This document shows positions 60,620-64,000 of a stretch of DNA of 64,000 nt, piece by piece. The first letter of the stretch is position 1. Every line of letters starts with the position of its first letter. A program made the translations under genes and the position numbers. This DNA comes from an uncultured bacterium (lineage in GTDB: Bacteria; CSSED10-310): NCBI GenBank assembly GCA_964512995.1, contig CAZELM010000002.1:18637-82636 (forward strand), given 5' to 3'. The notes beneath the pieces are model-generated. The model did not search any database. It saw only the letters and a list, made by a program, of their open reading frames with translations, and was not told the origin of the DNA.

Positions 60620-62358
60620 ATCGTAATGATTCCCTTTCCTGTTCTTCCGTCGACTTTAACGGTTAGTTTTCCGGGAGTTTTGATGTGCCGCACAAACTCT
60701 CCCTCATTGATTGCGTCCTGATGGTTCAGCCAATCCCAGTTGATTCGATAAGGTCCATAATGGTTGACAGAGAAGTAGTTCACCTGAAAACTGGAGAGGT
60801 TATGGAAAAAATGAGAGCCTTGGCTTAATTCGGTCCGCATATTCGGCAGAGTAGCTTCTACGATCACTTTTGCCCCGCAGATCTGGCTCCAGTTGACAGG
60901 TATCCCCAACCAAGGATCAGAACTCCCCCATCGACCAAATCCGATTAACAAAAAAGGGGTTTTGGATTGGAGCAATGATGTGTTGCGTTTTTCGATTTCC
61001 TGAGCGATCTGCCGGGTGTATTTCGCATCAAAAACTCCCGGTTTCACATAAACGATATCTTCAATGGAGCGAACGCTGCCATTTCCCATCACTCGATCCG
61101 AAGCAATAATGACGCTCTCAGACGCCAATTCTCCATCCTCAATTTCTACTTGCTCATGAGAAACGACCATCGGACGGACCTGCAGTAATCCAAACCGTGC
61201 GGTGACCGGTGATGAAGAATTAATGGTCAATGCAAACTCGATCTCAACTTCAGCCTTTGCCAGATTTTCACAGAGCGGCAGGACTTCTTTTATCAATCGA
61301 TTCAGTGGTAAGAGTTCCAGATCCAAAATCGGAGCAAAATTGATGATTCGCGGTCCGTTTCCATCCAGACCCACATTGATCCGATCCGATTGAATATCAA
61401 ATGTCGAAGCGATGAATCGGAGCGTATCATCGGATTCTGCATCCCTCAGATCCGCACTGATCAGGTATTCGGTTTCTTTCATGGGATCATACGTCAAAGA
61501 CTTACCCATATTGACTGCCCAGAACTGGTTCTGCGATTGTTTTAACAGATCACGAGCCGCTCCGACGGGTGGTTTTGCACGAGGATATGCAGGAGAATAT
61601 GTCCAGACCATTCCCCCATCCACAATGGCTTTCCCCAATCCCAATGCCAGATCCACGACACCATGTTCCGGCTTGGCTTTGCCAATCGGATAATAATTAT
61701 AACTTCGCGCCACACCCGAAATAGTTGGATAGAAGCGGTCTCCATGCCGCAAACCCACAACCTCCTGAATGATTACGGCCATTTTTTCATCTTCTATCCG
61801 ATGATTTGTTGCCTTGAAATAATCTTTTGCCTCTTTGAAAAATGTTGAAGCATAAACAAATTTAATGGCTTCAACGAGTCTTCGAAAACGCGATTCCGGT
61901 TCCTGCTGATTATTGGGAATCATTTTTGTTCCATAGATGCCCGCAAACGGTTCGAATTTCGCGTCTTCCAGTAAACTGGATGACCGTATGGCCAGCGGTG
62001 TTTTGACATTTCGAATCAATGCCCATATATCACCAACCAAAATGGCCGGGAGATCTGCTTTTTGGAAGTGATGCGCAATGATCTCGTCCGATGAATCTGA
62101 GTAGGCCAGTTCATAAAGATTGTTTTGTTTCAGAAACAAATCAAAAAACGACGTCGATATCACCGTCAGACGTGGAATGTTCACCTCGATCTGATGAAAT
62201 GGACTCCCTTTGTATTTTTGATCCAATGCTTTTTTTATTTGGGCCAGTCCGTGAGCTTTTCCTCCGATACCACCATCGCCGATAACCGTAAAATCTTCCA
62301 GAGAATCGAAAAATTTTCTATCATATTCATGCCATTTATGGCTATTGCCGTCTTCCAT
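60616..62358 (-). CDS. PPDK_N-type ATP-grasp (PEP-utilizer N-terminal) domain protein; paralog of the N-terminal/core part of 57395..60619.
   Basis: GGIGGKAHGLAQI, AIRSSSLLEDAKFEPFAGIYGT, AVIIQEVVG and LLQVRPM. There is no His-swivel domain. It overlaps the downstream paralog in ATGA fashion. Confidence 0.7.
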   Translation of the reverse strand: MEDGNSHKWHEYDRKFFDSLEDFTVIGDGGIGGKAHGLAQIKKALDQKYKGSPFHQIEVNIPRLTVISTSFFDLFLKQNNLYELAYSDSSDEIIAHHFQKADLPAILVGDIWALIRNVKTPLAIRSSSLLEDAKFEPFAGIYGTKMIPNNQQEPESRFRRLVEAIKFVYASTFFKEAKDYFKATNHRIEDEKMAVIIQEVVGLRHGDRFYPTISGVARSYNYYPIGKAKPEHGVVDLALGLGKAIVDGGMVWTYSPAYPRAKPPVGAARDLLKQSQNQFWAVNMGKSLTYDPMKETEYLISADLRDAESDDTLRFIASTFDIQSDRINVGLDGNGPRIINFAPILDLELLPLNRLIKEVLPLCENLAKAEVEIEFALTINSSSPVTARFGLLQVRPMVVSHEQVEIEDGELASESVIIASDRVMGNGSVRSIEDIVYVKPGVFDAKYTRQIAQEIEKRNTSLLQSKTPFLLIGFGRWGSSDPWLGIPVNWSQICGAKVIVEATLPNMRTELSQGSHFFHNLSSFQVNYFSVNHYGPYRINWDWLNHQDAINEGEFVRHIKTPGKLTVKVDGRTGKGIITI

Positions 62359-62592
62359 CCAATCACCCCCTCCACAAGTCTATTTTACATTTACACCCTT
62401 TCCGCAGGTCCGATGTCGGTATTTCCATCTAAACGCACGCAAAAAACCAATGGATAAAACCGGGAGATGGTATCCGGAATTGACCCCATCGCGTCACAAG
62501 ACAGATATACTCCTTCCCGACAAATACATCCGTTTCCCATGATAACTCCATCTTCATTATCTTATCAGAAAGATCCTGCAATCGCACCTCTC

Positions 62593-62627
62593 AAAAAAAA
62601 GCTCCAGTTTGGAACCGGAGCTTTTTA
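62593..62627 (-). terminator. Rho-independent terminator downstream of gdh (A-tract / hairpin / T-tract; potentially bidirectional).
   Basis: aaaaaaaa gctcc agtttggaacc ggagc ttttt read directly. In minus-strand RNA this gives a GC-stem hairpin followed by U8. Confidence 0.55.
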
Positions 62628-62691
62628 TCTTCATTAAAACAAAAATCAAGATGAACAAAATTGACAGAATTTTAAAAGTGTAACTGTGGGA

Positions 62692-63978
62692 CTATACCCA
62701 TCCTCGGTCTCTGCAGGCCTGAGCTACCCGGTTAATTGCGATAACATACGCGGCATTTCTCATATAGATCTTACGCTTTTTGGCTAATTCACTGACTGCG
62801 ATAAAAGCGGAAGTCATTTTAACGTCTAATTTTCCAAGGACTTCATCTTTTTCCCAATAATAGTTCATATTGCTCTGGACTTGCTCAAAATAACTGCAAG
62901 TCACGCCGCCTGCATTGGCAAGGAAATCAGGGATCAAAAATATTCCGCGCTGCTTGATAACTTCGTCCGCTTCTAAGGTCGTTGGGCCATTCGCGCCTTC
63001 CGCTATCACTTTTACACGCTTGCTGATTTTGTTTACGCTCGTTGCTGTTACCTGATTTTCCAGAGCTGCTGGTATCAGGATATCGACTTCCTGCTCAATC
63101 CATGCACCACCCGGAAGAATTTCATAGCCCAAATCTTTGGCTTTGCTCTTGTTGATGCCACCAAATCGATCCGTAATTGTCATCAACTGATCAATATTGA
63201 TACCATCTTTTTTATAGAAGCTGTAGGATGTCTGATCTTCCTGATCCCAACAGGATACACACACTACGACTCCGCCCATCTGGTTATAGAGCCGAATCGC
63301 ATATTGTGAGACATTGCCGAATCCCTGGACACTGGCCAATGTATTTTCCGGCCGCAGATTCAGTTCCTTCAACGCTTCACGAACCGTATACATCACACCA
63401 TAACCGGTTGCTTCGGTTCGTCCCAATGATCCACCCATTCCGACTGGTTTTCCAGTAATAAATCCAGGGTATTTTGCACCGTGAATCACTTCATATTCAT
63501 CCAACATCCACAACATGTGCTGGGCATTTGTCATGACATCAGGAGCGGGGACATCGTTTAACGGGCCAACATTCTTCGCCAATTGACGTACCCATCCACG
63601 ACAAATCTGTTCCTGTTCGCGGTCGCTTAAATTATGAGGATCACACACAACGCCACCTTTGCCGCCACCCAATGGGATGTTGACCAGGGAGCATTTCCAG
63701 GTCATCCACATTGACAAAGCGCGAACCGTGTCAACCGTTTCCTGCGGATGGAAACGAATGCCGCCTTTGCTCGGCCCCAATGCATCATTGTGCTGAATTC
63801 TGAAACCTCTGAAGATTTTAACAGAACCGTCATCCATGCGAACCGGAATACTGAACTGATACTCCCGAATGGGCGTACGAAGCAGTTCACGGGTTGCTGG
63901 ATCCAGTTCGAGATATTCTGCGACAGTGTCAAACTGCGCCTGAGCAACCTGATATGGATTATACATTTTATCTGCCAT
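62692..63978 (-). CDS. gdhA: Glutamate dehydrogenase (Glu/Leu/Phe/Val dehydrogenase family).
   Basis: The active-site region ALGPSKGGIRFHP, the Gly-rich GGGKGGVVCDP and the NAD(P)-binding QGFGNVSQYA are present. Confidence 0.9.
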   Translation of the reverse strand: MADKMYNPYQVAQAQFDTVAEYLELDPATRELLRTPIREYQFSIPVRMDDGSVKIFRGFRIQHNDALGPSKGGIRFHPQETVDTVRALSMWMTWKCSLVNIPLGGGKGGVVCDPHNLSDREQEQICRGWVRQLAKNVGPLNDVPAPDVMTNAQHMLWMLDEYEVIHGAKYPGFITGKPVGMGGSLGRTEATGYGVMYTVREALKELNLRPENTLASVQGFGNVSQYAIRLYNQMGGVVVCVSCWDQEDQTSYSFYKKDGINIDQLMTITDRFGGINKSKAKDLGYEILPGGAWIEQEVDILIPAALENQVTATSVNKISKRVKVIAEGANGPTTLEADEVIKQRGIFLIPDFLANAGGVTCSYFEQVQSNMNYYWEKDEVLGKLDVKMTSAFIAVSELAKKRKIYMRNAAYVIAINRVAQACRDRGWV

Positions 63979-64000
63979 GATTATGTCTCCTTCGATTCTC

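Noticed and set aside
1-64000. CRISPR arrays, IS elements, integrases, tRNA or rRNA genes.
   Set aside because: I saw no regularly spaced direct repeats with unique spacers, no transposase or integrase-like ORFs, no terminal inverted repeats flanking any block, and no tRNA cloverleaf or T-loop GTTCGAATC-type signatures in the intergenic regions I read. The tRNA scan was by eye only, so a covariance search such as tRNAscan-SE could still find one.

Overview
This is a bacterial chromosomal window of about 48-50% GC from a likely diderm lineage that I cannot assign. Most of the window is an accessory, cell-envelope region and it is gene dense, with frequent ATGA or TAATG start/stop overlaps.

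Housekeeping anchors are confident:
- a partial larB-like gene
- dapF
- rpoD
- the HU gene
- the complete gcvT-gcvH-gcvPA-gcvPB glycine-cleavage operon
- a DinG-family helicase
- an S41 C-terminal processing protease
- an MscS-family channel
- glutamate dehydrogenase
- RNase P RNA (rnpB), on the minus strand, which explains away an overlapping ORF

The accessory content is larger and more unusual:
- A 1416-aa secreted protein with a roughly 510-residue (TPTxTP)n linker and a C-terminal sorting-signal-like tail.
- An exosortase/archaeosortase-family membrane protein whose Cys-to-Arg spacing matches the ArtA active site.
- A seven-gene glycan operon containing two tandem GT4 paralog pairs.
- A polyprenyl-phosphate glycosylation module: a GT2, an ArnT/PMT-like GT-C, a UbiA family DPPR-synthase-like prenyltransferase, an extended SDR epimerase and a second polytopic membrane protein that I read as a possible GT-C.
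- A five-gene radical-SAM cluster: two B12-binding rSAMs, a SPASM/twitch rSAM, an LPLAT-like acyltransferase and a membrane GT2.
- A signalling island: two histidine kinases, three receiver proteins (one with a conserved Cys-rich tail) and a metallophosphoesterase.
- Two tandem PPDK_N (PEP-utilizer ATP-grasp) proteins, one fused to a C-terminal minimal nucleotidyltransferase.
- An IMPDH-fold paralog that lacks the catalytic cysteine.

My main hypothesis is a Thr/Pro-rich surface glycoprotein system: lipid-linked sugar glycosylation plus exosortase-type anchoring, analogous to the archaeal ArtA/PGF-CTERM S-layer glycoprotein. This is inference only.

No CRISPR array, rRNA, tRNA or clear mobile element was seen.
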